A stretch of DNA of 64,000 nucleotides from an uncultured Verrucomicrobiae bacterium (GCA_963837955.1 CAWIPH010000002.1:3040001-3104000); one strand, 5' to 3'. Counted from the first letter of the stretch, positions 30,448-40,602 are shown. Notes: generated by a model from the letters alone, not told the origin. A program made the numbers and translations.

Positions 30448-31406
30448 TTTTTCTTCGCGGCTCGAAAATGATCGAACCCGGAAACGCTGAGTTGATCGGA
30501 TCCGGAAACACCGAATTTCTGCGTGCTCAGCTCCGTGAGCCACCCGATCTGAGTCAACGGCAGCTCCGGAAACTTCTTGGTCCAGCGTTCCTCCAGTGCT
30601 GCGCCTGTTCCTTCAGACACGGCAAAGAGGAGCTCATAGTCTTCTCCGTCTGCGATCGCCTGCTCACTCGAACATCCTTTGTTCAGAGGTAACCGTTCTC
30701 GATCAATCTCGAACCCGGCGCCACTTGCCTTCGCCAGTCTTGGCAAATCGCTCCCCAATCCGTCACTGAGATCTATCATTGCATTGATCGGAAAATGGTC
30801 CGCCAACCACATGGCTTCGGTTAATCTTGGCTCAAAGCGGAGGTGCTTCCCGCGGATCGATCCCCCCAAGCGGCCGGTCACATAAAGCAGGTCGCCTGGT
30901 TTGCCGCCCGATCGTAGCAACGCACGACGCTTTTCGACGATCCCGGTCAACGCCACCGAAATGAATGCCGGCCCGGGTGAACGCGAGGTTTCACCACCTA
31001 CGAGGTTCACCTCGTAGCGCGAAGCGGCTTTCCGCAGGCCTGAATAGACACCGAGCAGCCAGCGTACTCGCACCTGAGGATCAACGGCAATTGTTACCAG
31101 CGCATCCATCGGTTTACCGCCCATCGCAGCTACGTCGCTGATTGTCCGGCAAAGCGCTTTCCAACCAATCCAGACCGCCGGCGACTCCTTCAGAAAATGA
31201 ACACCTTCCACTAGGCAGTCAGTCTTCAATAGTTGCCACCGCTTCCCGAACTTCACCACAGCGCAGTCATCTCCGGGACCCATCTTAACCCGTGAGTTCA
31301 GCTTTAAATTTTTGGTCAGCTCAGCGACCAAAATATCCTCACCAATGGCAGCCAGCTCAGCATCTCGCATTCCGCGCGGTGGTCGTTGTCGGCTCGCCTC
31401 CTTCAT
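30444..31406 (-). CDS. thiL: Thiamine-monophosphate kinase
   Basis: GDDCAV, EGVHF, SDVAAMGG, IDLSDGL, GEDYELLF. Confidence 0.95.
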   Translation of the reverse strand: MKEASRQRPPRGMRDAELAAIGEDILVAELTKNLKLNSRVKMGPGDDCAVVKFGKRWQLLKTDCLVEGVHFLKESPAVWIGWKALCRTISDVAAMGGKPMDALVTIAVDPQVRVRWLLGVYSGLRKAASRYEVNLVGGETSRSPGPAFISVALTGIVEKRRALLRSGGKPGDLLYVTGRLGGSIRGKHLRFEPRLTEAMWLADHFPINAMIDLSDGLGSDLPRLAKASGAGFEIDRERLPLNKGCSSEQAIADGEDYELLFAVSEGTGAALEERWTKKFPELPLTQIGWLTELSTQKFGVSGSDQLSVSGFDHFRAAKKK

Positions 31407-32203
31407 TTCGTTTGGAAGGCGATCGCTACCAGGTTCAGAGTGTTGAATAGCGCATGCATTGTCATGGGCACCAATAGGCTACCTGTCGCCTCATACGATA
31501 CCGTGAACAAGCAACTGAGGAGGAAGAGCGGAAACAAGGTCGGAATATTTAAATGCACAATGGCAAAAAGTACTCCGGTAAACACCAGGGCGGGCAGCGC
31601 CCCGAAGTAGCGTCGCATGACTCCGTAAAGATAGCCGCGAAAGGCCAGTTCTTCCGCAACCGGAGCAATCACCACCGCCAGCAGAATAATGGGAAGGCGT
31701 TGACCGATACTGCTCGAGCGTTCGAACACCTTGATGATCTCCTGCACATCGGTCGTCGGGTCAGTGTGCAGAAAATACGATGCCAAATAACTCGCCACGA
31801 GAATCAGAGGCAATGCACAAACAAGCAGAGAAATACCCCAGAGGATTGATTTCCGAAGAGGCAATTGATCTAACCCGAACACCGCGGAGATCCGGAATCC
31901 ACGGAGCCGGAGCGAAAGCAGGATAGTGCCAAGAATCAATCCCCAGAAATAAAGCGCGCTTAGGAGAAGGCTTCGCGTGTCGATTTCCGCCGGCAAAGAT
32001 CCGCGACTCGACTCAACGTTAGCGAAGAGTTGGCTAATTACGATAACTATGAGTCCGCCAGCAAAAAGCGCGTCGAGCAACGAGTAGGCTCCAATAAACA
32101 CTTTGCCTCCAGCATGGGCATAAACCCGCCAGAACAGGCGCCCATAGACTCCCAGCGCGACGGGAATCAACAACAGCACCAGCACAGATAAAACAAGGTC
32201 CAT
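31403..32203 (-). CDS. CPBP (CAAX/Abi) intramembrane metalloprotease
   Basis: EELAFRG, FAIVH, HALFN. Confidence 0.9.
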   Translation of the reverse strand: MDLVLSVLVLLLIPVALGVYGRLFWRVYAHAGGKVFIGAYSLLDALFAGGLIVIVISQLFANVESSRGSLPAEIDTRSLLLSALYFWGLILGTILLSLRLRGFRISAVFGLDQLPLRKSILWGISLLVCALPLILVASYLASYFLHTDPTTDVQEIIKVFERSSSIGQRLPIILLAVVIAPVAEELAFRGYLYGVMRRYFGALPALVFTGVLFAIVHLNIPTLFPLFLLSCLFTVSYEATGSLLVPMTMHALFNTLNLVAIAFQTK

Positions 32204-32383
32204 TCGAAACTAGAAGAGTTGATACTACACTGGATTAGCCTTCGGTCTACCGATCGACCGGTCCTGGCGAAATCCAGTGGTAGCGGACTTGCAATCAAAG
32301 TATTCTGACCGCCCACGCTCAGGTGCCGTTGCTTCGGCGCCCGTTCTGCGTGATCTCCGAGCCCTTCTGTGTCAAACAATGGT

Positions 32384-32836
32384 ATGCGCGTACTCCTTCA
32401 GCGGGTCCTGAGTGCATTGGTCGAGATCGAGGGCCGATGTGTCAGCCAAATCGGTCAGGGTCTGCTACTGTTCGTAGGAATTGAAGCAACCGATACGACA
32501 GAAGACCTCAATTGGTTAACCGGCAAAGTTCTTCGTTTGCGGATATTTGCCGATGAAAACGGCGCAATGAATCGATCGGTCCAGGATGTTGGCGGAGCGT
32601 TGCTGGTCGTTAGCCAATTTACTTTGTACGCCAGCACCAAAAAAGGAAATCGCCCCTCCTTCATCAAAGCCGCGCCTCCCAATACTGCAGAACAGATCTT
32701 TAACGAATTCTGCGCACGGCTCTCGATGGAAATGGATCGGCCGGTCGCGCGCGGCGTCTTTGGAGCACACATGACCGTCAGTCTAGTCAACGATGGTCCG
32801 GTCACCATTTGGATCGATTCCAAGCAACGAGAGTGA
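32384..32836 (+). CDS. dtd: D-aminoacyl-tRNA deacylase
   Basis: MRVLLQRV, SQFTL, NDGPVT. Confidence 0.95.
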   Translation: MRVLLQRVLSALVEIEGRCVSQIGQGLLLFVGIEATDTTEDLNWLTGKVLRLRIFADENGAMNRSVQDVGGALLVVSQFTLYASTKKGNRPSFIKAAPPNTAEQIFNEFCARLSMEMDRPVARGVFGAHMTVSLVNDGPVTIWIDSKQRE

Positions 32837-32894
32837 CCGATTCACCCAGACGAGCGCTAAGAGGAAACTGCCAATCACTACGCCGATCGGCTGT

Positions 32895-33230
32895 CTTCAG
32901 CGGCGAAGCCGCGACTCAGGATAGCCTAGCCTGCAGGGCTAGGAATAGGCATATTTAAGATGGGCCAGCGCTGAAAGCGCGGCTCAATTGAAATAGCAGC
33001 GATACCGGCCTTTTGACGATGGTCGTACAAAGATATGACGCTCGCGGATTCGGTGTTTGCCACGCGCCTTCAGCGCTAGGACCGCTCTTTTGATTTTGTT
33101 CCTAGGGCTTCGCCCTCTAGGCTATCTTGAAACGCGGCTTCGCCGCTGAAGACCCGCGCTCCTCAATTTTGATCAAGCGAAGTCCGAAACCCTACAGGCT
33201 AGGCTATCCTGAATCACGGCTTCGCCGCTC
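32895..33230. repeat. REP-like palindromic element, family B (three arms)
   Basis: CTTCAGCGGCGAAGCCGCG..GATAGCCTAG with inverted CTAGGCTATC..CGGCTTCGCCGCT twice. Confidence 0.8.
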
Positions 33231-33316
33231 ATCGGAGCGCGCTATGGCGGGACAGGTTGGCGCTCCGATTGCTTACCGACTAGCGATTAACGCCCAGTGC
33301 TCCTAGATTCTGCCCA

Positions 33317-34102
33317 ATGGACTCCGCCTCGGCTTTAGAAGAATTTCTGCGTCCGCCTCCGCCACTGCGCCATCTGAAGCGCGAGACAGAGGTTTTGGCG
33401 ATGGCTAATCACGCCGAGGTCACCTTGCGACCGGGAACGGAAAACCCGGAAGAACGCATTACCTACTACCGTTGGGGATCGCCAGGTCGAAGGGTGCTCC
33501 TCGTTCATGGCTGGGGCGGGAAAGCCGCTCAGTTTTTCGCCCTCATTCCAGGGCTGGTCGACGCGGGCTTTGAGGTCGTCGCCTTTGACGCTCCGGCGCA
33601 CGGCGCTTCTTCGGGTTCATTTGCGAGCGGTCCGGCATTCGCCCGAGCGGCCAGGATGATGGCGGAAGTGAACGGTCCGTTTCATGGAATCGTTGCTCAT
33701 TCGCTGGGTGCGGCCGGAAGCGCGATAGCCCTGGCTCAGGGTCTCACCGCTGAGCGGGTCGTTTTCCTGGCTCCGGCTGCTCTTATCGAAGCTTTGCTAG
33801 AAGAATTCATCCGCTTGCGGGAAATCGCAGAACCGCTTGCCACTGAGCTGAGGCAGAAATTCGCGGCCCGGTATTTGGCGGAAGTCGTTTCGGTTCCACT
33901 CATGGCCAAGAACTTTGATATCCCCCTCGTTGTCTATCACGATCCGGCGGACCGTGATCTTCCCTTCTCGCATGGAGAAGCGATTGGGGCGGCGTGGCCA
34001 GGTGCCGAATTAATAGCGACTCCTGGAGCCGGGCATTGGAGGATTATGCGAGATCGATCTGTGATTGAGCGAACGATTGCCTTTCTAACAGCTTCCGATT
34101 AA
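33317..34102 (+). CDS. Alpha/beta hydrolase
   Basis: VHGWGG, AHSLG nucleophile elbow, D..D and GH. Confidence 0.9.
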   Translation: MDSASALEEFLRPPPPLRHLKRETEVLAMANHAEVTLRPGTENPEERITYYRWGSPGRRVLLVHGWGGKAAQFFALIPGLVDAGFEVVAFDAPAHGASSGSFASGPAFARAARMMAEVNGPFHGIVAHSLGAAGSAIALAQGLTAERVVFLAPAALIEALLEEFIRLREIAEPLATELRQKFAARYLAEVVSVPLMAKNFDIPLVVYHDPADRDLPFSHGEAIGAAWPGAELIATPGAGHWRIMRDRSVIERTIAFLTASD

Positions 34103-34234
34103 CCGTTGCTGCTCTACCTTGACCAAGCATGGTACAAATACCGCCTGGTTCGTTCCATCGTGCAAAGTCCGATGCCCTGCTAGGCTATTCTGGCGCGCTT
34201 TCCTTCTTCGGCGAAACAGGTCGTCACTTCGTGA

Positions 34235-35269
34235 TTAGTGATCTTTGCCTACGGCTAGCTCCATTGTCCCTTTGAATTTGGGCGCTTCTTCCTCGACGCC
34301 AAAATTGGCAGTGTACAACGATTGGATCCGGTCCATCTCGTCCTTAGTCAGCGCCGGAGTATCGGGTGCCGAAGCAAATTCGACGAGCTGCTGTTCGTCG
34401 TAGATGTTGGGCAACGTAGAGGCAATCCTCTCGTCCTTCAGGAGCCACTGAAGCGCTGCTTGTCCCAGAGTTCGATCCGGACCCTCCAAAAATCGCAGTT
34501 CCTCGACTTTCTTGACGCCATTCAGCAACCAACTTCGCGGACGGTGATTCCGATGATCGTTCGGTGGAAACTGAGTGTCCGCAGTGTAATGCCCTTCCAA
34601 CATCCCAGACGAATGGGTTACGCGGATCAGGAACATAGTGTCGCGACTCGCTTCCGCGGCGGCTTCCTGGATCGCTTTTCCCGGGTGCTGTTCTAAAAGG
34701 TTATAGATATGTTGCAGGCTGGTCAGATTCCTCCGCTGGACACAATGCACGCCTTCGTATAGCCAGCCGATCGCGGGTCCAAGGGCCACGCCGAAATAAC
34801 GGATCTTTCCCTCCGCCTGGAGTTCCGCCAACGTTTCCCAGACCGAGTCGTCGTCGACCTGGTCCATCCGAATATTGTGCAGTTGCAGGAGGTCTATTCG
34901 ATCGGTCCGCAGTCGGGTCAACGCCGCATCGGTCGCTCTTCGGATCGCCTCAGGCGAAAAGTCTTGCGGGATCTCGCGCTGACCCCTCCGCTCATTTCCA
35001 TAATTTACAAAGTCGTACCCGATCTTGGTCGCCACCACGATTTGATCGCGTCGATCTCGGAACGCTTCGGCAATCAGATCCTCGCTCAATCCGTTCCCGT
35101 AGGTATCAGCCGCATCGAATAACGTGATGCCGAGATCAAATGCCCGGTGCATAAGTGCCGTCGCCTCGGATTTGGAAAAATTGCCCCACCAACCGGTCGA
35201 GATAGTCCAGAGACCGAAACCGACTTCGCTAACGGTGAGATCGGTATTGCGATAAGTGCGATATTTCAT
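34235..35269 (-). CDS. Aldo/keto reductase
   Basis: VSEVGFG, FDAADTYG, ATKIG, IDLLQLHN. Confidence 0.92.
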   Translation of the reverse strand: MKYRTYRNTDLTVSEVGFGLWTISTGWWGNFSKSEATALMHRAFDLGITLFDAADTYGNGLSEDLIAEAFRDRRDQIVVATKIGYDFVNYGNERRGQREIPQDFSPEAIRRATDAALTRLRTDRIDLLQLHNIRMDQVDDDSVWETLAELQAEGKIRYFGVALGPAIGWLYEGVHCVQRRNLTSLQHIYNLLEQHPGKAIQEAAAEASRDTMFLIRVTHSSGMLEGHYTADTQFPPNDHRNHRPRSWLLNGVKKVEELRFLEGPDRTLGQAALQWLLKDERIASTLPNIYDEQQLVEFASAPDTPALTKDEMDRIQSLYTANFGVEEEAPKFKGTMELAVGKDH

Positions 35270-35476
35270 GACGCAAACGGCATTATTGTGTGGATCGACC
35301 CTTACTGCAACCGGGTGGATTTGCGGAGGTCACGGATTGGTAGCCTGCGGGCCGCGCATTTGCGTCAACACAAGAGGTTGGATATGCGCCGAGAAGACTC
35401 GTCCCGGAGGGACTCAATGAAAGTAGATGACATGAGCCGACAGCTAACAGCACCCGCTGCTAAACTGTCGGCTCTT

Positions 35477-36589
35477 ATGAATAAATATAACCAGAAAATA
35501 TTGAGCAGTGGCGGCAACGAAGCAAGTGTGATGCAGCATGGCAATCGGGTCCTGAAGTTGGGACTGGATATGCACTATCGGCAGGTGACGGTGGCGATGC
35601 AGGAGGATGGAGGCCGGATCAAGGCTGTGGGCAAGATGAGTCATCAGGCTTTTGGGAGTTGGGTGAACAAGAAGTTGGCTCAAGGCTGGCAGATTGAGAG
35701 CTGTTACGAAGCCGGAGCCAGCGGTTACTGGCTACATCGGCAGCTGGTAGAGCTGGGAGTCAAGAACCTGGTGGTTGTGCCCAAGGCGATGGGAAAGAGA
35801 GGCAAGCAGCAAAAGACCGATCGGCGCGATAGCGCAGAGTTGGTCGATTCGCTGGATCGTTATCTCAGAGGCCAGGATAAAGCCTTGAGTGTGGTGGCCG
35901 TACCCAGTGTTGAACAGGAACAGAAGCGAGCGCTGATCCGCTACCATCGCCAGATCATGGCCGATCGAGGACGCTCTGAGGCCCGAGGTAAAGGCTTACT
36001 GTGTGCCCAAGGGCTCGAAGTCGGAGGCCGCTGGTGGCAGGGCAAAGGGTGGAGAGAACTCAACTCTGATCCCCGGCTCAAAGAGTGGATCAAAGAGCAG
36101 CTAGAAGGCTGGCGCCAGAAGGTATTAAGCGCTGAGGAGCAGCAAAAAGGCTTGCGGCGACGGATCGAAGCGCTGGCTCCGGCGATCCTGCCCAAAGGAG
36201 TGGGCGCCTACAGCGCGGCGGTGTTGGAATACGAGATGAAGGGTTGGAGGCGATTTAACAATCGGCGCCAGGTGGCTAGCTATACGGGTTTATGTCCCGG
36301 CATCCATCTCAGTGATGGCCGAGGCAAAGAGGGGTCCATCAACCGTTGTGGCAATCGGATCGTGCGCTGGAGCTTGGTGGAGATGGTCTGGCGGCTGATG
36401 ATCTGGCAGCCCCACTATGGGCCGGTGCGTCAGCTGGCGGCTGGCATAGTCAAAAGCAAGCGCGCCAAGAGACGCTTGGTAGTCAAAGCGGCCCGGCGTT
36501 TAGCCATTGATTTATGGCGTTTATCAAGCGGACAAACCACGGCCGAAAAACTGGGTTTAGTCCTGCAGACCAATAGGCAGAGCCTCTGA
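35477..36589 (+). CDS. IS110-family DEDD recombinase
   Basis: LGLD, CYEAG and KTDRRD (DEDD); GVG and ASYTGLCP..LSDG..GN; start could be 35432, 35477 or 35531. Confidence 0.92.
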   Translation: MNKYNQKILSSGGNEASVMQHGNRVLKLGLDMHYRQVTVAMQEDGGRIKAVGKMSHQAFGSWVNKKLAQGWQIESCYEAGASGYWLHRQLVELGVKNLVVVPKAMGKRGKQQKTDRRDSAELVDSLDRYLRGQDKALSVVAVPSVEQEQKRALIRYHRQIMADRGRSEARGKGLLCAQGLEVGGRWWQGKGWRELNSDPRLKEWIKEQLEGWRQKVLSAEEQQKGLRRRIEALAPAILPKGVGAYSAAVLEYEMKGWRRFNNRRQVASYTGLCPGIHLSDGRGKEGSINRCGNRIVRWSLVEMVWRLMIWQPHYGPVRQLAAGIVKSKRAKRRLVVKAARRLAIDLWRLSSGQTTAEKLGLVLQTNRQSL

Positions 36590-36599
36590 GGAGGCTCTC

Positions 36600-36810
36600 C
36601 AGCATCAAATCTGTGACTCTCTAGAGTGACTCTTTTGGCAGCAACGGCGCGCGTCTGATACTGGGCTTGGGCTAAAACCCGAAACGTAGATGAGGCCGCT
36701 CGTTGCTGTCCTTTTTCTTTGCTTAATTGCATAAATCACCGTGTTAGGAAGCTCCCCTTCCAACCGATAGAAGCTTAAACCGAGCAATCAATAGAAGCTC
36801 GCGTTGGGAC
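36600..36810 (+). ncRNA. Predicted bridge/seek RNA of the IS110 element (ends approximate)
   Basis: Stem GGCAGCAACG/CGTTGCTGTC (36637-36710) encloses TACTGGGCT, a hairpin and GTAG, matching the target; second stem-loop at about 36760-36808 carries ATAGAAG, the element's right end plus core. Confidence 0.75.
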
Positions 36811-37191
36811 AGCAAACGTTGGTCAGAGGCCAAAAAGAGCAACAAGAGAGCCGCTAAAAACAGCAAGAGATCTAGCGCTAATCGAAAAAGTCTCAGCCTC
36901 CATGATCCGAGCCTGGTAGCGCCGGTTGCAAGCTCAAAGCCGGTCCACAGGTGGCTTGTTGTCCGATCCCGGCTAAAACTAATCCAAACCTTCAAGAAAC
37001 CTTCTTTTGGCGCTGGGTCTTGACAAACTGGGCTTCATAGAAGCCCAGTACGAAGTGCTGGGAAATGGCCCAAAGAGGCGTCCGTCCCGGAGGGACGAAC
37101 GAACCGTTGCCCTTCGCCTCCAACGCAACTTCGCGAGCGCAGACGGTGGATCGATCGTCCCTTCCGGGACGGACACGTCTTTTTAACCTTC

Positions 37192-37344
37192 CCCCGGGAA
37201 AGGCGTTCCAAACGTTGCGCCCTCAAAGCGGCGCTAGAATAGATGCTCGCATTGGATTCTCGGCTGCGACATCGGATCCTCGTGCCCCTCCAGGGCATAC
37301 CGTGTTAATACTAAACCCGGGGTTAAAACCCCGGGCTGAGTCCT
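37192..37344. repeat. REP-like element, family C, continuing at 37850-37870 after the MITE
   Basis: CCCCGGGAAAGGCGTTCCAAACGTTGCGCCCTCAAAGCGGCGCTAGA and AAAACCCCGGG; inverted relative at 58314-58373. Confidence 0.65.
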
Positions 37345-37849
37345 TGTGTGTTTCGAGTCTGGGTAACACATTTGTGTCACTATTGAGGTGACACTTTGTG
37401 TCATAATTTGGGTGACACTTGTGAGCAGAGAGAGCGCACTTTGGTGGGCAGGCGGAAATTCCCAAGAACAACGCTTAGACTGCTTTGTGCGGTGCTCAGG
37501 ATGGAGCGTGCAACGTTTTGCGGTTCATTGGAGGGAGCGAGGAACGAGCGAACGAAGATCGAACGCAAAATGTGGTTAACTCCTGGCGCGAAGCGGCTCC
37601 AGATCAAGCTCGAAACGGAATAAATGGAGGGGACCTGCCGCAGGCAGGGAGGAGGCCGTTTATGCCGGATTTGAGCTTGATCTGGAGTGGCGCCGCGCCC
37701 GCCAGTGATAGCGTACCAAGAGCCTCCAAGCCCAGAAGCAGAACTCCAGGCTCTGTTACCTTTTCTCTGACACACCCCGAGGCTTTTTTACCTTCCAAGT
37801 GTCACCCAATTAGTGACACAAAAGTGTCACCCAAATATGAAACCGGACC
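37345..37849. mobile_element. Non-autonomous MITE-like element or IS remnant (505 bp)
   Basis: Three GGTRACAC boxes at the left, two inverted GTGTCACC boxes at the right; TCCT repeated at 37341-37344 and 37850-37853; no transposase ORF. Confidence 0.65.
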
Positions 37850-38052
37850 TCCTCTTCCCCCTTCGGGGGACTGTCGCAAAGGAGCGGGCATTCAAAATAG
37901 CGGGAAACGCCGCTACCAATCGTTGGCTCTCTTCCTGCTCATTTCCGCCTCGCAAATTTTCCGACTTGCTTGTTTAAGGATCAGTGAGTGATGTAGCCCA
38001 TTCGAACGCCGTGTGTGGCGGGGAACCGGAGAAAACACTAGGAGACACAGCT

Positions 38053-40602
38053 ATGCAACCTGTTCGGACTTTTAACGTATCGCCTCGGTTGCCCGAGGTG
38101 CTGGAACCGCTTAATGATCTGGCTCGGAACCTCTGGTGGACCTGGGAGCCCGACGCCCGCAAGCTTTTCCGGGACGTGAACCCAACGCTTTGGGACCAGA
38201 CTAACCACAATCCAATTCGGATGCTGCAACTGTCCAGGCAAGCCCGGCTGGTGGAACTCGCTTCGGACGAGAACTATCTCCGCAGCCTCCGTCAGGTATC
38301 CGGTCAGTTCCGAGCTTACATGGGTCGAACTGACACCTATGGTAAGCAACGGCCCGGGCCGCAAATCGCCTACTTTTCGGCGGAATTCGGTTTCCACGAA
38401 TCGGTGCCGAACTACTCAGGCGGTCTGGGAATTCTTTCCGGTGACCACTGCAAATCGGCCAGCGACCTAGATCTCAATTTTTCCGCTGTCACGCTGCTCT
38501 ACCGACACGGGTATTTTAAGCAGCAAATCAACAAAGATGGTTGGCAAGAGGCGGTCAGTCTAAACCAAAACTTCCACCATTTGCCGATCCGCGACGCGCG
38601 CGTTGGGGATCAGACCGTGTTCGTGACGGTAGACATTTTGGGACGGAACGTCACCGCGAAAGTGTGGGAACTCCAGATCGGGCGCATCAAGCTGTTCTTT
38701 TTGGATACGGACATTCCACAGAATTCACCGGAAGACCGCTTAATTACTGAACAGCTTTACGGGGGCGATTTGGAGATGCGGATCCGGCAGGAAATCGTTC
38801 TCGGTATTGGCGGAGTGCGCGCTCTCAATGCGCTCGGCGTCAAGCCGGAAGTCTTCCACATGAACGAAGGACACTCGGCCTTTCTCTCGCTGGAACGGAT
38901 TCGGCAGTATGTGCAGGAAAAGGGAATGAATTACTATCCGGCACTGCAGATGGTAGCAGCGTCGAACATCTTCACGACCCATACGCCGGTCCCCGCCGGT
39001 AACGACGCTTTTTCCCGCGATCTAATCGGCCGCTATCTGGGCAAATACGCACACGATTTTGGATTGGGCTTCGATGAGTTCTTCGCATTGGGACAGCCAA
39101 TGCTCAATCCGCCACCATTGTTCAGCATGACCATCCTCGCTTTGCGTACGAGCCGGCATGCGAACGGCGTCAGTAAGCTACACGGCGAAATCAGCAAGAG
39201 TTTGTGGCAAGACGTTTGGGCCGGGGTCCCTTTGCCAGAGGTGCCAATTACGAGTGTCACCAACGGAATTCACACCAAGACTTGGGCCGCCCCCGAGTTT
39301 CATCGGATGTACCAAAAATATTTGGGCGCGGATTGGGAAGACCATCTTACAGACGGAGAATTTTGGCGCCGGGTGATCGACATTCCGGACGAGGTTCTCT
39401 GGCAGACTCACCAACTCCTTAAGCAACGCCTGATCGATTTTATTCGGGAGCGGCTGCGCATCCAACGCGCGCGCATTGGCGAGTCTCCTCAACAGCTCCG
39501 CGACGTCAACAGTGTGCTCAATCCCGATGTACTTACGGTCGGTTTTGCTCGGCGATTTGCCACCTACAAACGAGGCACGCTCCTTTTTTCCAACAAAGAG
39601 CGTTTGCTCCGCCTAATCCAGAACACCGAACGACCCGTCCAGTTCATCTTCGCCGGCAAAGCGCATCCGAAAGACGAGCCGGGCAAAAAGATGATCCAGG
39701 AAGTTTACACCGCTTCCCGGGAATCCGGTTTTGAACATTCGATTGTTTTTGTTGAGGATTACGACACGTACATCGGCCGGCGCTTGTACCAAGGCGTAGA
39801 CGTCTGGCTTAATAATCCGCTTCGACCTCTCGAGGCCAGCGGCACCAGCGGAATGAAGCTTCCGCCAAACGGCGGCCTGAATTTTAGCGTTCTCGATGGT
39901 TGGTGGTGTGAAGGTTATAACGGCAAGAACGGCTGGCCGATTGGACCGGAGATAACGGGCGGCAGCGTCGAATTTCAAAGCGAGGTCGATTCGGACAGCC
40001 TGTATAACATTTTGGAAAACCAGATCATTCCCCTGTACTACGCGAAACCGGATGGTCGTTTGCCGATCGCCTGGTTGCAGCTGATGCGGGAATCTATTCG
40101 GAGCGTAACACCGGTATTTAATACGCACCGAATGGTGAAAGAATACAATGAACGGCTCTATGAGACTGCCGCGAAAGGGCTGCAGGCGCTTAGCGCAAAT
40201 GGTTGCAGAGCCGCGATTGAGCTAGCCGATTGGAAACAAAAGACTCGCGCCGACTGGGGTCAGATTCGCATCGAGCAGGTGAATGCTTCCCCCTCTGACA
40301 CCAGCGATCTATTCGTCGGAGACGTCTTGCAGGTGGAAGCGAAAGTGTTCCTGGGGCCAGTTGATCCGTCTCATGTGCGCGTACAAGCCTACCTCGGGCA
40401 CAGCGATGATGGGGCCCTCAGCGAACCGTTTACGATTGATCTCCAAGAGATAGAAAAAGGAACGGCGCCTGGGCAATTCACGTTTAAGGGAACGATCAAA
40501 GCGACCGAGAGCGGGAGCTATGGCTTCAACGTCCGCGTCATCCCGACCCATCCTTATCTGAGTCAGGACCATGAGCTGCGGTTGATTACCTGGGCGAAAT
40601 GA
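38053..40602 (+). CDS. glgP: Alpha-glucan (glycogen) phosphorylase
   Basis: YSGGLG, HMNEGH, GFARRFATYKR and EASGTSGMK PLP lysine. Confidence 0.96.
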   Translation: MQPVRTFNVSPRLPEVLEPLNDLARNLWWTWEPDARKLFRDVNPTLWDQTNHNPIRMLQLSRQARLVELASDENYLRSLRQVSGQFRAYMGRTDTYGKQRPGPQIAYFSAEFGFHESVPNYSGGLGILSGDHCKSASDLDLNFSAVTLLYRHGYFKQQINKDGWQEAVSLNQNFHHLPIRDARVGDQTVFVTVDILGRNVTAKVWELQIGRIKLFFLDTDIPQNSPEDRLITEQLYGGDLEMRIRQEIVLGIGGVRALNALGVKPEVFHMNEGHSAFLSLERIRQYVQEKGMNYYPALQMVAASNIFTTHTPVPAGNDAFSRDLIGRYLGKYAHDFGLGFDEFFALGQPMLNPPPLFSMTILALRTSRHANGVSKLHGEISKSLWQDVWAGVPLPEVPITSVTNGIHTKTWAAPEFHRMYQKYLGADWEDHLTDGEFWRRVIDIPDEVLWQTHQLLKQRLIDFIRERLRIQRARIGESPQQLRDVNSVLNPDVLTVGFARRFATYKRGTLLFSNKERLLRLIQNTERPVQFIFAGKAHPKDEPGKKMIQEVYTASRESGFEHSIVFVEDYDTYIGRRLYQGVDVWLNNPLRPLEASGTSGMKLPPNGGLNFSVLDGWWCEGYNGKNGWPIGPEITGGSVEFQSEVDSDSLYNILENQIIPLYYAKPDGRLPIAWLQLMRESIRSVTPVFNTHRMVKEYNERLYETAAKGLQALSANGCRAAIELADWKQKTRADWGQIRIEQVNASPSDTSDLFVGDVLQVEAKVFLGPVDPSHVRVQAYLGHSDDGALSEPFTIDLQEIEKGTAPGQFTFKGTIKATESGSYGFNVRVIPTHPYLSQDHELRLITWAK

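Larger units (their letters stand above)
35427..37043 (+). mobile_element. IS110-family element with IS1111-like layout (short left end, long 3' non-coding end)
   Basis: Bounded by a repeated AG core (35425-35426, 37042-37043); weak subterminal IRs ATGAGCC/GGCTTCAT; about 450 bp non-coding after the recombinase. Confidence 0.9.
35379..37190. repeat. Family A REP element (35379-35426 plus 37044-37190) split by the IS110 element
   Basis: Flanks rejoin to AATGAAAGTAGCCCAGTACGAAGTGCTGGG, matching the intact copy at 29086-29113. Confidence 0.85.

Noticed and set aside
35147..35426. N-terminal extension of the IS110 ORF to 480 aa
   Set aside because: It lies outside the element, overlapping the aldo/keto reductase gene and the REP arm.
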